DNA of 64,000 nucleotides from Octopus sinensis (lineage: Eukaryota): positions 121,954,001 to 122,018,000 of the forward strand of contig NC_042999.1 of NCBI RefSeq assembly GCF_006345805.1, written 5' to 3'. Position numbers and translations under genes: made by a program. Under the pieces are notes generated by a model. The model had not been told where the DNA came from. It searched no databases and saw only the letters and a list, made by a program, of their open reading frames with translations. This document shows, one piece after another, positions 62,010 through 64,000 of the stretch (its first letter is position 1; each line of letters starts with the position of its first letter).

Positions 62010-62055
62010 ATGGTGTCATTTGAAGATTATTTGGCTGCCATTTCCTGTTGGCCAA
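62010..62055 (+). CDS. Candidate 46-nt coding exon (EF-hand-like exit helix)
   Basis: Acceptor GCATCTTCATATTTTTAAG, frame MVSFEDYLAAISCWP, donor A|GTAACT; resembles the second half of an EF-hand (xVSFEEF). Confidence 0.2.
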
Positions 62056-62167
62056 GTAACTACAAAGTGGCTTCCCTGTGCATGTGGTTAATCTAAGATT
62101 ACTGTATGTTATTTATTTTGAATGACTTCTATGTAACTTTTACTCTTTTAGTCCATCTCTGACTAAC

Positions 62168-62477
62168 AGTGGGATTGCACCTAGAAAGTTACCCTCCCAG
62201 GGACAAGTCCGGGCAAGGTTGTTTTATGGAAGACCAGCAGTCGCCCATGCATACCGGCCTCCCCTCTCCATGCCACCGGTGTTATCCAAGGGAAAGGCAA
62301 TGACCGATACAGCTTGGCACATGTGACGTCGCAACTCATTTCTACAGCTGAGTGAACTGGAGCAACGTGAAATAAAGTGTCTTGCTCAAGAACACAACAC
62401 GCAGCCCAGTCCAGGATTCGAACTCACAACCTCACGATCGTAAGCTCAATGCTCTAACCACTGAGCCATGTGCCTTC
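62168..62477 (-). mobile_element. tRNA-derived SINE (family C), well preserved
   Basis: Near-identical to 56635-56966 and retains more CpGs. Confidence 0.9.
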
Positions 62478-63556
62478 TGCATTTCTATTGTAATACGTCC
62501 CCATTACTGCTGTATTAGTGTATTATACACCCTATGTATGGAGGAAATTATATGTGAACAGGAATTTTCATTTCATGCCTTAATTAAATATTTAAATCAC
62601 CTTAGTCACATTAATGGAGCATTGCAATCCTATGATTAAAATAATGTGATGAGATAATTATGGAAAATAAATGAGCAAGAATAATGACAAAAAATGATTA
62701 AAGATAGGTTTTCTTTTGTTCTCCAACATACTAGCCGAAGTATGATCCTCTTCCATCTGAGTGACACAATAATGCAAAATTATGAAATAGCATGTTCTTA
62801 CAAAGGCTGTGAATGTATAACTGTGATAATAAATAGTGGTGTGTATAGAGAAACAGAGCATATTTAAAGATTACAGCATTAATAAAAATACAGGGTATTA
62901 AAAAGTACAGTGCAAGTCATCAAAACGCATTGTAATTTCACCAAAAGTTCTATCAATTTCTTGAATAAAATAGCATGTGTAGTCCATTGCTCAAAATTTT
63001 CTGTTATAGTTGCTTCATTTATGAATATTAAACATGTTCAGCTAACCAGCTGACTGTGTACCCCTTGGTGATACATTGCAATTTGACTACCCATTAATCT
63101 TTAAGGATACTTTAAAGTGATAGTGTACATTATTATTTTCATATTACTTTCTGTCAAATACTGTTGCCTAGAAGCAGCTTTTGCCACTTCCTTTTACAGC
63201 TTTGGGACAACGTAATTTCCCCCCTGCATCCATGATTGATGTCACTATACTTTTGTAAATGACTTGCTGCTTGGTATTTAGCTAAGAAAAATAGATTCCG
63301 CTATTTACTTCAACTCTTGTGCATCATATTCCATCTGTTTACTTATAAAGTTTGCTTTGCTAGGTCCAGCTGTGCTAAGATTAGGGTTGGGAAGATTAAA
63401 GAAGTTACCCTCCATGTGTCATACATTTCCAAAAGCACTTCATTAAGAACTTTGTCAGTTAACAATTATACTTTATTACAATGCATTTTCTCTCAGCTTA
63501 GTGTATGGGGAGTGACAGTTTATTAACAGCACAAGATCAGATAGTTTTGTGTGTGG

Positions 63557-63597
<41 letters not shown>

Positions 63598-63769
63598 AAT
63601 GCAAAAAACAAATTTCTGTGTGTCAGTGTGTCACACTTCGGCCCCACTCTCTCACTATTCAATGACACTTTTTCTATTCCTCTTGCTAGGGTGAGAGTAA
63701 TTGTAGGCATAGAGATGGTGAGGGCAGTAATATATTGACAGTTGAGATGGTAATGGGGTGATAGTAACA

Positions 63770-64000
63770 GTATGAGCTGTAGTTGTGATAGAGGTGGAGG
63801 TGACGGTGATGATGGTGGTGATGGTGGTGGTGGTAGCTGTGGCAGTCAAGTATGACGGTGATAGTAAGGGATGTGAAAGACAGTGGTGAAGGTGGTGGAG
63901 GGGAAGGTTGCGATGTCAAAGGTGTTGATGGTGGTGATATCAAAAGTCTGAATGGTGTGTGTATGGAAGTTGTGGTGGTGATGGTGATTGTACAGGTGAT
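63770..64000. repeat. (GGT/GAT)n-rich low-complexity tract
   Basis: Direct reading. Confidence 0.85.

Overview
AT-rich, repeat-dense animal genomic DNA. The SINE and LINE families look like those of octopus (coleoid cephalopod); this is recognition from memory, not a database result. No complete protein-coding gene can be supported, and most listed ORFs are microsatellite read-throughs or transposon debris. Recognisable content: an intronless, 3'-truncated RPL4 retro-pseudogene (38172-38805, -); a near full-length decayed RTE LINE with a PHD-like finger inside the RT region (40480-43340); several shorter RTE pieces and RTE-tail elements; a HERO-like RT fragment; two restriction-like-endonuclease LINE ends; mariner and piggyBac remnants; a TTAA MITE; a non-autonomous Helitron; a Penelope-like GIY-YIG remnant; and many tRNA-derived SINEs. 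The most interesting signal is a set of minimal hammerhead-ribozyme folds with non-consensus cores inside short (TA)n-embedded elements: 55990-56040 (G3:C8 swap) and 11577-11627 (U4C), plus decayed cores at 57785 and 14648. A few possible host exons are flagged at low confidence.
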